From assembly GCA_951406725.2 (NCBI GenBank), contig OX597826.1:18724001-18788000 (forward strand): 64,000 bases of DNA, written 5' to 3'. Positions within the stretch are counted from its first letter, which is position 1; each line of letters begins with the position of its first letter. The notes under the pieces are model-generated. The model worked only from the letters and a program-made list of their open reading frames with translations. It had not been told where the DNA came from and did no database searches. This document shows, piece after piece, positions 23,910 through 37,728 of the stretch. Origin of the DNA: Octopus vulgaris (lineage: Eukaryota). The position numbers were made by a program, and so were the translations under genes.

Positions 23910-26900
23910 GTTTAACATCCGTTTTCCATGGTGGCATGGGTTGGACGGTTTGACTGAGGTCTGGAGAGCCAGTGGCTGCACCAGGCTCCAATCTGATCTG
24001 GCAGTGTTTCTACAGCTGGATGCCCTTCCTAACGCCAACCACTCCAAGAGTGTAGTGGGTGCTTTTTATGTGCCACTGGCACAAGACCCAGTCAGGCAGG
24101 CCTGGCACCAATCCTATTCGGATAGTGCTTTTTATGTGCCACCAGCACGGGAGCCAGCCAGGGAGTACTGAGATTGGCCACATTCAGATGGTGCTTTTTA
24201 CATGCCACTGGCATGGGGGGCAGTTAGGTTGTCTCGGCATCAATCACATTCTGATAGTGCTTTTTACATGCCACCAGCATGGGAGCCAGTCAGGAGACAC
24301 TGGTATCAACCATGTTCGGATGATGCATTTTACGTGTCACCGGAACAGGAGCCAGTCAGGGGCACTGGCCACAGCTACAATTTTGGTTTTACTAGACTTA
24401 ACAGGTCTTCTCAAGTATATCATATCACCTGACACATCAGGACTACTCTTAAATGGGCCGGACATGTAACACTGGCATCGACTATGGCTGCGATCTCACT
24501 TTAGTGCTGAGTCTTCTCAATCACATCATATTTCCAAAGGTCTCAGTCTCCTGTCATTGCCTCTGTGAGGCCCAATGTTTGAAGGTCATGCTTCACCACT
24601 TCATCCCATGTCTTCTTGGGTTTATCTCTTCCACAGGTTCCAAGCAACGGATGATATTAACTACTTCTAGTTTTTACCCCCTGTCATGTGATGGAATCTG
24701 TTTTCTGTACATCTTCAGTGTTTATTGCACCTGAGCATCAGCCACATACAAAAACTATCTTCCTGGTTAACCTTCCTTTGATATTACAGTACCATTTATA
24801 TGTCCATAGCTTACACCGGGAACATCGTATGGAGTTTCTACCTATGTCTTTTATACATATTGAGCAGGGCCATCTACCTGAAGGGGTTTGTGATTTGACA
24901 TCCTTCCTACTTACTAAGACTTTAGTTTTTGCTAGGTTAACCCTAAAGCCCTTTGATTCTAGACCTTACTTCCACACTCTAAATTTCGTCTCTAGTTCTG
25001 GCAGTGACTCAGCTATTAGAGCAAGGTCATCAGCAATGAGGAGCTCCCAGAGGAATCCTGTCTTGAAGTCCTCTGTTATTGCCTGGAGAACTATAATGAA
25101 TAAGAGGGGTGTTGAGGACTGATCCTTGGTGAACCCCTACTTCTACTTGAAATTCTTCACTATACTTGTTGCCAACCCTCACCTTTCTGACAGCATCCCT
25201 GTACATGGCTTGCACAGCTCTCACTAACCATTCATCTATCCCTACTTTCCTCATTGACCACCAGATAAGGGATTGAGGGACCCTGTCAAAGGCTTTCTCC
25301 AAGTCAACAAAACCCAAGTACAGAGGTTTATCTTTGGCTAGGTATTTCTCTTGCAGTTACCTTACCAGAAATATAGCATCAGTGGTGCTTCTGCCTGGCA
25401 CAAAACCAAACTGCATCTCATCTAGACTAACTCTCTCCCTAATTAGTTGGGCTATGACCCACTCTGTAACTTTCATCACCTGATCCAATAATTTGACACC
25501 CCTGTAGTTATTTCTATCTAAAGCATCACCTTTATCTTTGTAGCAGTTGACCATGGTGCTGCTACACCAGTCATTGGGTATGACTCCTTCGTGAACTACC
25601 TGATTTACGATGTGGGTAACAAGACCATAACCCACACCGTCTGATATTTTAAGCATCTCAGTGGTGATAGGTGAGGTGCTTTCCCATTCTTCATATCCTT
25701 AATAGCTTTATCTACCAGGGTACTGTCGATTTGGGTAGCTGGTCCCTCAATTCCACCAACCTTTAGCAGACTCTCCTCCTCCCATTCATTCTCCAAATTC
25801 AGCAGTCTTTCATAATGGCATCTCCAGGCCTCTTTCTTTGCAGAATCATTAAACGCAAGGGTCTCATCATCAATGTAAACACATTTCTCTCTTATGACAT
25901 CACAGTTTTCTCTCACACACTGTCTTGCAATCCGAAATACTTCAGTTCTTTGTTTCTCACGTCACTGAACATTGGCAAACTTCTTCTTTTCTACTACTCT
26001 CTTGGCTTTATATACCTGCCTCCTAGCTTCCCTCTTGGCTATCTGATACATTCTCCTGCTATCCCCACTCTTCCAGGCCTTCCACGCCTGTTTTTTGCTC
26101 TAATGGCCCTGTCTACAGTATTGTTCCACCACCATGTCACCCTAGGTCTGGAAGGGACTTTGCAGCAGTCACAGATTTGGTCTGTAACACTCAGCAAACT
26201 GTCTCGCGGGAATTCACAGCTGCCTTCTATGTCACAGGACTGTAGCTCCTCCTCCCTATCATCAAATTTCTCGGTAAGTATATCCCTAAATCTCTGATCC
26301 TGGGAAGAGTTTTTAAGCTTTGAAGTCCTTCTTTTCCAGATTGGTCTGCTTTTGGTATCCTTCTGGCCTCGAGTCTAAATACACTAATAACTAGTCTATG
26401 ATGGGGAGTAGATTCTTCACAAGGGAGAGTCTTTGTATTTAAGAAAAACCCTGCATCCTGCTGACTAGTGAGAACGAAATCAATCTGGCTAGCAGAGTCC
26501 CCTGATTGATGGGTTATCAGGTGACTGGCTGGCTTCCTGACGTTGGTGTTGCAGATCAATAGGTTATTTGCATCACAGAACTCCATGAGCCTAGTTCCCT
26601 CTTCATTTCTGGTACCAACTCAATGGCCCCCATGTACACAATGGAAGATACCAGGTTGCTGTTTGACATGCCCATTAAAATCTCCACCCACAAAAATGAG
26701 ATCATTGTCACTCGTCTTTGAGGTAGCCTACAGAAGAATATCATAAAAGTGATCCTTCTGTTCATTTGGTAGGCTTGCTTGTGGGGCATAGGGAGAGGTA
26801 ATTGTAGCTATACCATTCTGCAACACCAGCTTGAATTTAATTACTCTATCACACACCTTCACTACGTCTACGACCTTATCCACCCATTTCTCTACAAGAA

Positions 26901-27165
26901 GTATGCCCACACCCCCTATTCCATCTCTGTTATCTTCCCAGAAGAGTTTATACCTATGTGTTTTGACTGTGAGGACTCTGGCTGAAGCTCCTCTCCACCT
27001 TATCACTTGTATACAACATACATTGACACATCTTCAAGCATCTTTACAATCTCGCTAGCCCTACCTTTTAATGTTCCTACATTTACAGTGCTAACTCTGA
27101 AAACTGGGAAATAGATATGGGAGGTAACATAGGAAGGAGAGATGTTATTCAGCACCTGAAAATAA
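23878..27165 (-). mobile_element. Near full-length degenerate RTE-clade LINE (APE, RT, PHD-like finger, repeat-containing 3' UTR, (GAT)n tail)
   Basis: TVNVGTL, RWRGASAR...GGVGIL, SQIDFVL (APE); NYRGVKLL, QFGFVPGRSTTDAIF, FVDLEKAFDRV, GVHQGSVL (RT); ~400-bp deletion near 24645 relative to the 39700-40955 copy. Confidence 0.93.
24059..24378. repeat. Five-unit 66-bp tandem array in the RTE 3' UTR
   Basis: Units start at 24059, 24125, 24191, 24257 and 24323 (gtgctttttaygtgccacyrgcac...). Confidence 0.9.
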
Positions 27166-27371
27166 GATTCCCACGATCATTTGGCAACAGACGTCATAAT
27201 AGTTGTTCTTGCTTTTAACCTACCGTCATTGAAACATGTTAGAATTATTAAGGTTGTTGCCTCTACTGGGGTGGGGGAGTAAGGAAGCATTGAAAGTGTT
27301 TGGAGTGTTGTAAATATAAGCATTATGAGCATTGTGGGTGTAAGCATTACTGATGCTGCGAATATAAATGC

Positions 27372-27636
27372 AAAGCCCATCGTATATATATATATATATA
27401 TATAAATATATTTATGTATGTATGTGTCTGTGTGTTTGTGTTTGTCCCCCCACCATCGCTTGACAACCAATGGTGGCGTGTCTACATCCCTGTAACTTAG
27501 CAGTTTAGCAAAAGAGGCTGATAGAATAAGTACTAGGCTTACAAACAATAAGTCCTGGGATCAATTTGTTCAACTAAAGGTGTTGCTCCAGCATGGCCAC
27601 AGTCAAATGACTGAAACAAATAAAAGAATAAAAGAA
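27372..27636 (+). mobile_element. SINE family A, 3' module
   Basis: gtttgtccccccaccatcgcttgacaacc...gctccagcatggccacagtcaaatgactgaaac. Confidence 0.88.
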
Positions 27637-28009
27637 AGATATATATATTATATATAATATTTGTGTGTGTGTGTGTCCATATATATATATATATATATAT
27701 AAATGCATATATATTTAAATGTACATATTGAATATATATATATTCATATATAAATGTATATATATGTGTCTGTGTGTATCTATGTAAATGTGCATATATA
27801 AATATATATATATATACATATACATACATATGTGTATATACATATATATATAGAGAGAGAGAGATGGGGGAGAGGGAAAGAGAGAGGCTGCTTATGACTA
27901 ATACTATCAAAGTAGAGAGTATACAGAGTACACAATACTAAATTAGCAGGGTGTAATTAATACTTCACATGGAGGAAGCCAGCATTTATTAATACTGATT
28001 TTTAAATGA

Positions 28010-28043
<34 letters not shown>

Positions 28044-28776
28044 ATGTGTGGGGGCATGCCCATGTGTAGTGTGTGTGTGTGCGAACATCTGTGTATGTAT
28101 ATACTCATGTGTACTCAATTTTGATTTTACATATTCTTCGATCATGTTTTAACCGATTATAAAATTTTCCTTGTCTTGCAGATATTCTGTGGATTTGTGC
28201 ATTGTAAAAGTGTGTAAAATCTCTGTTAATCACTTGCTTAAGAGATTTAAGAATTGCACCTTACCACCTATATTGTCTTGTTGTTTATTTCAGTATGTCT
28301 TTCTTGTTTTTGAGATGGTAGTAGACAAATGTCTACTGACTGCATCTATGATCCCAGTTAATTTCACCTTACTGTATTACATATATGTATTTGATGTGTA
28401 GAATGCTTCCCAGAAGAGACCCTCTCTGTCAAAAACAGCCATCAAGAAGCAAATGAATAAGACAGAGTAAAAGTGTGAGCAGGAAAATGGTAAGTAGATT
28501 TTCATGTACAGAATAAAGGAAGTCTGAGTCACTCAGTGGAATTATATGTGATATCCAAGGTTAAGGGGTGAAACTAAGGTCTACCACAATTGGTCATGCT
28601 TGGTTATGAACTGACATCTAAGTATAATCACTGATACTTTACTTCATTAAGTAGAATATCAATTACAAGGGAATTGGTAAGAAGGTAAATGACTGGGTAC
28701 TTGATGATGTACATATTTTGTGTGTGTGTGTGTGTGAATATACCCACACACACACATACATACACATTTATTATTA

Positions 28777-28829
<53 letters not shown>

Positions 28830-28831
<2 letters not shown>

Positions 28832-29041
28832 GGCAGCAAACTGGCAGAATCGTTAGCATGTTGGGTAAAATGCTTATCAGTATTTCATCTATCTCCATGT
28901 TCTGAATTCAAATTCTGCCGAGGTCAACTTTGCTTTTATACTTTAGGGTCGATAAATTAAGTCCCAGTGGAACACTGGGGTCGATGTAATTGACTAGTCC
29001 TCTCCCACCAAACTTCAAGCTTTGTGCTTTCAATAGAAAGG
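28830..29041 (+). mobile_element. tRNA-derived SINE family C with Nin/Meta-type central domain and (ATT)n tail
   Basis: TGGCAGAATCG A-box, TTCAAATTC B-box-like, GAGGTCAACTTTGC...GGGTCGATAAATTAAGT; (ATT)n on both sides. Confidence 0.85.
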
Positions 29042-29070
<29 letters not shown>

Positions 29071-29072
<2 letters not shown>

Positions 29073-30394
29073 GTATTATATGTTTGACTTTTGCTTTATA
29101 TTTGTACAAGTTGGCTCCAAGTCTCACCCAGAGACCTCAAGAGACAACAGGTTGGAAGTTCGTGTTGTTGTTATGCCTAGTGTGCCATATATTTGGTTTT
29201 GTATTTAGTGTTGTACTAGTGAATGTCTAAAAAAAAAATACGAAAATTATGTTTGTTTTAAAACTTGAGATTACATAGAAAGTATTTTGCGTAGGATATG
29301 AGCAGTTCCCATGAGCACTATCTTTTGAATTTCTGCCATTTTGGGGTTTCCAGGTATCTGAGTTAGGTAGCAATCAGCCCCTTTTGCTATCATTCCCAGG
29401 GCACCTATGACAACAGGTATTGTTTTAGTCTTCAGGTTCCACATTTTGCTGATTTCTATTTCCAGATCTTTAAATTTGCTCAGTTTCTGGTAGGTCTTGA
29501 CAGATACGTTTATATCGATTGGGACAGTCATATCAATGAGGAGGCATGTTCTTTGCCTGAAGTCTTTCAATATGATGTCTGGCCTATTTGCATCTATCTT
29601 TCTGTCAGTTTGAATGGTGAAGTTCCAGAGGAGTGAGATGTGGCCATTTTCAAGCACTGGGGGTGGTTTGTGTTCCCACCAGTCTTTTTCACCAGGTTTT
29701 TGCAGATTACCCAGTGAATATGTGCAGCTCTATCATGCCTGTTGAGATACTCTGTAGGCGCAAGAAGACTGCACTTGGAGACAACATGATCAATGGTTTC
29801 ATTTTGTTGTTGACATATACAACATGTTGGGCTACTGCTGTTCTTTAATATGTTGGCCAGGTAGTTCCTTGTTGGTAGGCATAGATCTTGAGCTGCTATG
29901 ATAAACCCTTCTGTTTCAGATTTTAAGCCAGAGGCCATTAGTCATTGATGGGTCAGGGCTTTGTCAACATCTGCATTATTCGCTCTCTTTGGGTATTTGC
30001 CATAGAGAGGTTTTTCTTGCCATTTATCATTCAGAATATCTAAGGCAGCAGTTTTAGCATGGGTTTTCATATGTTTAGCTTTTTCTGTGCTTGTTTCTTG
30101 TACGTCTAATTCCGAAATTTGTTGTATTCGGAATTCACTTAGATATTCCTTTGCCTGTTTTGTTACTGAGTATGATGCTTTCTTGTTTTCATGTTTTGAG
30201 ACAAGTTTTAACATCCAGTCCTCAGAGTTTTTCAGGTAGATGTCTAGGCCAATTGTAGCAATCTTCATTGTTATTGCCAGTTGTAAAAGTCCACGGCCTC
30301 CCTCTTTTCTTGGCAGATAAAGTCGTTCTATATCTGCCTTAGGGTGGTGCATTCTATGCATTGTCAACAGTTTTCGTATTTTTCTATCAAGATT
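29071..30394 (-). mobile_element. 5'-truncated Dong/R4-clade LINE (zinc knuckle + restriction-like endonuclease)
   Basis: HPKADIERLYLPRKEGGRGL; CCICQQQNETIDHVVSKC; RHD; RPDII...LID; PVVIGALG; flanked by (TAA)n on both sides. Confidence 0.92.
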
Positions 30395-30437
30395 ATAATT
30401 ATTATTATTGTTATTATTATCATTATTATTATTATTA

Positions 30438-30491
<54 letters not shown>

Positions 30492-30492
<1 letters not shown>

Positions 30493-31025
30493 CGAGTGAG
30501 AGAGCAGTGCATGCCACCAGAGACAGTGTAGTACAGATATATGAAACCCAATATACCCATCATGACTACCCATCTGATAAGGGTACACCAGACACATGTA
30601 TTACAACCATATGTGCACAAAATGGTGATCTCATATTCAAGATAAATAGTGCTTGGCCTTGCAGGTGGGGCCCAGTTAGAATTTTCTTCAGATCGAGTAG
30701 CCCATCCTGTTCAAAAGGTTCTTGAACAGTTGTTTAAGGATGTTGAATGAAACACCCATGTTTCCAAAGAAGGATTATTAAAATCCCAAAGAATTCCTCT
30801 GATGCTCCCCCACTACTTCTGCATGTGATCGGGGATGCACAAATCGTGTGCCACCAAAGAATATGCTCAACTGGTTATGGTAAAGCAACTGACAAAGAGG
30901 TCTGTGGTATCGAGCAGAATATTTGCCAAAGCCCATCCCTTTTACACCAAGATAAAACAATGTACATGATAACATTTCTAATCAGTTAAGAGCAGAAACC
31001 ATGAGAGCTAGTGCCTCTTATTGCA
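30492..31025. mobile_element. Unclassified ~530-bp non-coding insert bounded by (ATT)n tracts
   Basis: Sharp change to more GC-rich sequence between two (ATT)n tracts; no recognisable protein motif. Confidence 0.45.
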
Positions 31026-31621
31026 TTGTCATCGTCGTCATCATTATTATTATTATTATTATAAAAAGCACTAAAAGCTTTGTGAAATACGGTTACCTTG
31101 GGTTTCCTGGCATAAATGTTAATCTATTTCACCATTTATCAAACTGGTAAAAAGAACAATATAGTTCAGTAACTGATGCAATCAGCATTTGAATGAGCTT
31201 CTACATTTAGAAAAAAGTCAGAGAGAAATCAAGGAACAATCACCATTATTATTATTATTGTACAGAAGTTTTACAAGAATTACAAGTTTTACAAAAATTA
31301 CATAAACCAACACTGCAATAAGCTATGGTATGTCCAGTAGTTTATCCTTAACTCCCACTATATATATTTAGTAAAGTATAGATATGAGGAAAGAATCTCA
31401 CTTTTGGTAATTATGAAGACCCTGGAGGTTCTTAATTTTTTTTTAAAAGATGCAGTTTTTGAAGCAAGCATATAGAACACCTTTTTGACCCATTAATATA
31501 GGGTTTTGGTCAGAGAAATATTTTTCATTTGATGTGGTAGTTGATGCTTTTGTCCTTAAGTCTCCAGATAAATGTGGAGAGGGTTGTTGTGTGTCTCTTC
31601 TCAGGATGTTCAAAGGTTGAA

Positions 31622-31821
31622 AGATACAGTTCTGTATTTAAGAGATGAGGAATTATGAACATTATTTACATTATTTACATTTGACAGATATTAGTCCTCA
31701 TCTTGTTTGTTGTTAACACGTTTCAGCTGGTATACCCTCCAGCCTTCTTCAGGTGTCTTGGGGAAATTTAGAACTTAGGGTCTCATTCCTAAGGTATTTT
31801 TCGATATTATTATTATTATTG

Positions 31822-31855
<34 letters not shown>

Positions 31856-32280
31856 CGAACTTGGAATCTTGGGGTTAGTAGCCCACACTCTTAACCACTA
31901 TGTCATATACCTGTGAGCAATTATGGAGTGAATTTTAGGGCTTATAAATCCAATATTTTTCTATCCTTCCTTAATACCGGCTCATATCGGCACTCGGTCT
32001 GCTTAGGAGGTTGTTGTATCCTAGCATATGTGCTGCTTCTTTTAGTTTTCGTATTTTCCAATGGTGTTCTCTGTATATTATTTTAACTTCATCCCACAGG
32101 GAAATAAACACTAAAGTTATAAGCCCTGAAATTCACTCCATAATTGCCCACGGGCATAGTGGTTAAGAGTGTGGACTACTAACCCCAAGATTCTGAGTTC
32201 AATTCCAAGCAGTGACCTGAACAATAATAATAATAATAATAATAACATCAAAAATACCTTAGGAATGAGGACCCAGGTTC
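31622..32280 (-). mobile_element. Penelope-like element 3' end: GIY-YIG C-terminus and terminal repeat, plus an inverted partial terminal repeat
   Basis: Minus 32100-31970 reads LWDEVKIIYREHHWKIRKLKEAAHMLGYNNLLSR; 32117-32280 is an inverted copy of ~31775-31948. Confidence 0.85.
31715..31757 (-). ncRNA. Minimal type-I hammerhead-like motif
   Basis: Minus strand GACAC-CTGAAGA-A-GGCTGG-agggtata-CCAGCT-GAAAC-GTGTT; stems I and II can pair. Confidence 0.65.
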
Positions 32281-32859
32281 ATAAGTAATTTTGTTATATA
32301 TATCTTAAGATATTTATGTACAAATAAAATTTCCTTTCTATTGCTCTCCCTATGTCAAAATTCACCCCATATCTTACAGGTAACCAAAGAACTTGACCCA
32401 CCTAATCTGTAGATATGAAATCGAAAATGTGAGTTAAAGACTTGGGAGAGAGAATTGTTCATAAGTAATTTTGATCAGTGAATATGGTCATTCAAACAGC
32501 TGAAAATTGCAGCTAAATCTTTAAGAATTACACTCTGTTGTCTGAAATGAAGGTTTTTTTTTTTTAACAATACAATTTCTGATAGGATTATCTCCACTGG
32601 AAAGCCTTGCATCATAGTTTTGTTCCACTACAACTGATCTGGGAATATGCAACTACAAAGCCATTGGGTGCAAGTGCTCAAACAACAAGATATAGTTGCC
32701 AAATTTTTCTCAAATCATATCTGCATTCTTAAATTAGGTGAAGGAAACACTAAAAATTGTAGACCTATATATATATATATAAACAAATATAAATAAATAT
32801 AAATACGACAGATACATCAAAGAGTACACCCAATAAAAATACACAAAACACATATAAAT

Positions 32860-33300
32860 TTATTATATGAATCAACTGCATAAAAACAATTGAACAGATG
32901 AATACATAATCAAATGCCTCACAAAGCAGAACACAAAATGCGTCACATCTGACCACAAACTTTAACTAATAGTGTACTACAAAATCTTCCTTATCAATAG
33001 CACAACATCAGCATGGAAACCAGGAACAACATACTAACAGCACAGTTTAACTATAAATTTCACTGTAAGACTGAGAGTTGCAAACATCAGGAGTCTAGTT
33101 GTTACATCAGACATACAAGTACCCAATTTCTCTTGGGTTCATTATTCGTTTACAACAAGAAGAAATTACAGGACACTATGCTACACACTACAAAACAATA
33201 TTAGACAGACAAATACTAGAAAATAATACTTTTACAAAATAGAAAATTAATCATGATCCCTATATTGATCTCACAACACAATACTAAAATAAACATACAA
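32860..33300 (+). mobile_element. Penelope-like linker/GIY-YIG remnant (different family)
   Basis: YYMNQLHKNN*TDE...LIVYYK...YKFHCKTESC...YIRHTST...GHYATHYKTILDRQILENNT. Confidence 0.62.
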
Positions 33301-33609
33301 ACAATGCACACACCAAAAGATTAACACGTGGCTACTGTCATGAAAACCTGTAAATAAGACTGTGAAAATCTGGAAATGTTGAATATAAATTTAAGAACTT
33401 TATGGTTCCAAACTAACTGCAATATATATATAAAAAAATTTTTTTAAACTAAGAAGGCAGTACAAAAAAAACTAAAATAAATATAATTCTTTTCTACTCT
33501 AGGCACAAGGCCCGAAAATTAATTATCCGACTGGTACTTAATTTATCAACCCCAAAAGCATGAAAATAAAAATAATAAACTTGAACATAATCATCTATTT
33601 AAGTATGGC

Positions 33610-33698
33610 TACCTTGGGTAACTGTCTTCTACTATAGCCTTAGGCTGACCAAAGCCTTGTGAGTGGATTTAGTAGACAGAAACTGGAAAGAAGCCCAT

Positions 33699-33739
<41 letters not shown>

Positions 33740-33960
33740 ATGTATGTATGTTTGTGTGTCTGTGTTTGTCTCTCCACCATCACTTGACAACTGATGTTAG
33801 TGCGTTTACATCCTTGTAACTTAGTGGTTCAGCAAAAGAGACTGATAGAACAAGTGCTAAGCTTACTAAGAATAAGTTCTGGGGTCGATTTGCTTGACTA
33901 ATGGTGGTGCTCCAGCATGGCTACAATTAAATGATTGAAACAAGTAGAAGAATAAAAGAA
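33610..33960 (+). mobile_element. SINE family A (tRNA head lost)
   Basis: Both modules, internal (TA)n(TG)n and the LINE-like tail. Confidence 0.88.
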
Positions 33961-34045
33961 TATATATAGAGAGAGAGGTGGGGGAGAAAGACAGACAGAC
34001 AGGGAGGGAGGAAGGGAGTTAGAGAGTGAGATAGCTAGCTAGCTG

Positions 34046-34076
<31 letters not shown>

Positions 34077-34504
34077 GGATAGATGGATGGACGGATGGAC
34101 GGACGGACGGACGGACGGACGGACGGACGGACGGACAGATAGATATAGATATATCTATATTGCTTTGGCAGTGTGAAGCCCTGCTGTGAGCTTGACTGGT
34201 CTGAAAGATATATATCAATCAAACTGAGATCATTGGGCGGGGAGTGTATGTGTGCATGTAATAGGTGATACATGCACACATACATGTGTATAGGGAAGTG
34301 TTTACACTAATACGAATCTTGTAAACATTTACATACACATGCAGGAATACACCCCCCTCCCACCACCACAGATCTGCCCACACTTGTCTGAGTCTGGTTA
34401 ACTTATGTCATCTAGACATGTAAAACAGACAAGCTCTCAATTGAGCCTCTCACAATCAAAATAAAGTATATACTTTACATATCTGTATCATGTTTATTCC
34501 ATAG

Positions 34505-35909
<1,405 letters not shown>

Positions 35910-36378
35910 TATCTATCTATCTATCTATCTATCTATTTACCTATCTCCCTATCTATTTATTTGTATGTATATTAGTCCCAAAATACAAACTAGGTAACAT
36001 CATTGGATTCAAACAATGTCCCTGATGTTACATCAGACTCTTCTGTCTCCTGGTGCGATGTCTAAACTATGACTGCATTCCAATATGTTGGATGGCTGTT
36101 GACTCTACTGTGTTGATCTGCCCTTTGTCAAGTTTTGTTTTTCATCCCACATAGTTTTGTAGGGTTGTCAGTTTAGCAGTCACCAATGGCTCAAAAATTT
36201 GACAAATTGTTTAGAGAACAGACCTGGCCCAATGCCAGGCCTTGCACCACTTTAAAAAGCTTCAGGCATAGGCATCACTTGATTTTTAACATTTCTATTA
36301 TGTATGGCTGTCCATAGTAAAAAAAAGGCAAAACACTCCATGAAATTGAGTTGCAGCCATCATATATATATATATATA

Positions 36379-36429
<51 letters not shown>

Positions 36430-36529
36430 GTGGCACCTGACAATCTTCCAGATTATGGAAGACACCTGTGTAATAGAAGCAAGAGCTACTTCTGTAAAGG
36501 ACTAATCCTTGACTTGCAATCTTGGCCTC

Positions 36530-36560
<31 letters not shown>

Positions 36561-37424
36561 GCATATAATGTATGCATAATCCTAATTATAAGACAAATAT
36601 TACTTTAACATATCTTTAATGATCAGTTACATAATGAAGTACCATTCTAATGTCTAAAACTGCAAACATTACGTAAATTTTCATTGTGACCTTTTGCATA
36701 AACTGGTGTTGTAAACTGAGTTGGTACAGAAACAATTGTAGCTGATCATTAAAAATATGTGAAAATATTTCTTAATTATTTCCAAATTATTTTCTAATTA
36801 TTTGGATTATATTTTACTCTTTACTAAACCCACACAACAGTTCTACTCTTGTGAAACCAGAATTTTCTATACCTGAAGAATTTCGGTATTAGTCTGAAAT
36901 CTAACAATGTTGATAGGCTAAAACTCAGGTTGAGTGCTTCATTGGAAATACCCTACTTTTATACCCTGCCAGGACCTTGTGTGTATGCGTGTGCATACAT
37001 AGAGAGAAAGAAAGATGTAGACAGTTATATCTTTTACTCATGCATGCGCATGCATACACACACACACACACACAGAGTCACAAAAGTACATCATTATAAT
37101 GACTAGTAAAAAGTTGCTAATATATATAATTGTATGTTGGTAACAAAATTATTTCATCACACTTAGAAATTTTGTGTGATTGACTTTGCACACCAATGTG
37201 CCCGTCAGTGGGTCTGAAATAATGAAAAGATAAAATAGTAATTAAAATATTTGCAGTGTTAAACATCTTTGGTCATGTGATCAATGAAGTGGGTTTCTTT
37301 TGTCAAGCTTCGGGAGGTGATTCTATTTTGAAGATAATCAGTAGCAATTGCTTAATTACTTGACAAAAACCACTCATCAAATATATGAAAAACAAAAACC
37401 ACTAAACCCATCCCTTAATACTGC

Positions 37425-37670
37425 TCCCTCCTCAGCTGAGGGACTTATCTTGCAAGTTATTTGGCGACCTCATTGCAGTTGGTGCCCTGTAGAAAGCACC
37501 CAGTATATTCTGTAAGGTGGTTGGCTGAGAAAGGGCACCCAGGTATAGAAAATATGTCAAAGCAGACAGCAGAGTTTGACACAGCCCTATGGCTGACCAG
37601 CTCCTGTCAAACTGTCCAGCTTGTGCTAGCATGGAAGGTGGATTTTAAACAATGGTGATGATAATAATAA
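37425..37670 (+). mobile_element. RTE-type 3' tail fragment
   Basis: ggtggttggc...agggcacccag...gtcaaactgtccagc...gctagcatggaa followed by (GAT/AAT)n. Confidence 0.7.
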
Positions 37671-37682
37671 TGAATATTTAAA

Positions 37683-37728
37683 ACTTACTGATGAGTCCAT
37701 AAGCTTTAGTTATGAGGAAACCTCAGGT
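37683..37728 (+). ncRNA. Hammerhead-like motif
   Basis: CTGATGA-GTCCATAA-gctttag-TTATGAG-GAAAC-CTC; stem II pairs in part, stem I is imperfect. Confidence 0.4.

Noticed and set aside
24059-24378. CRISPR-like repeat/spacer appearance
   Set aside because: The apparent spacers are homologous to each other, the array lies in an RTE 3' UTR in eukaryotic DNA, and there are no cas genes
32151-32217. Functional tRNA gene (also 62278-62345 and the SINE heads)
   Set aside because: Acceptor and anticodon stems do not pair properly and the segments are embedded in repeats; tRNA-derived only
36871-36900. CTGAAGA followed by a hairpin as a hammerhead
   Set aside because: The GAAA is part of the stem itself and stem I is missing
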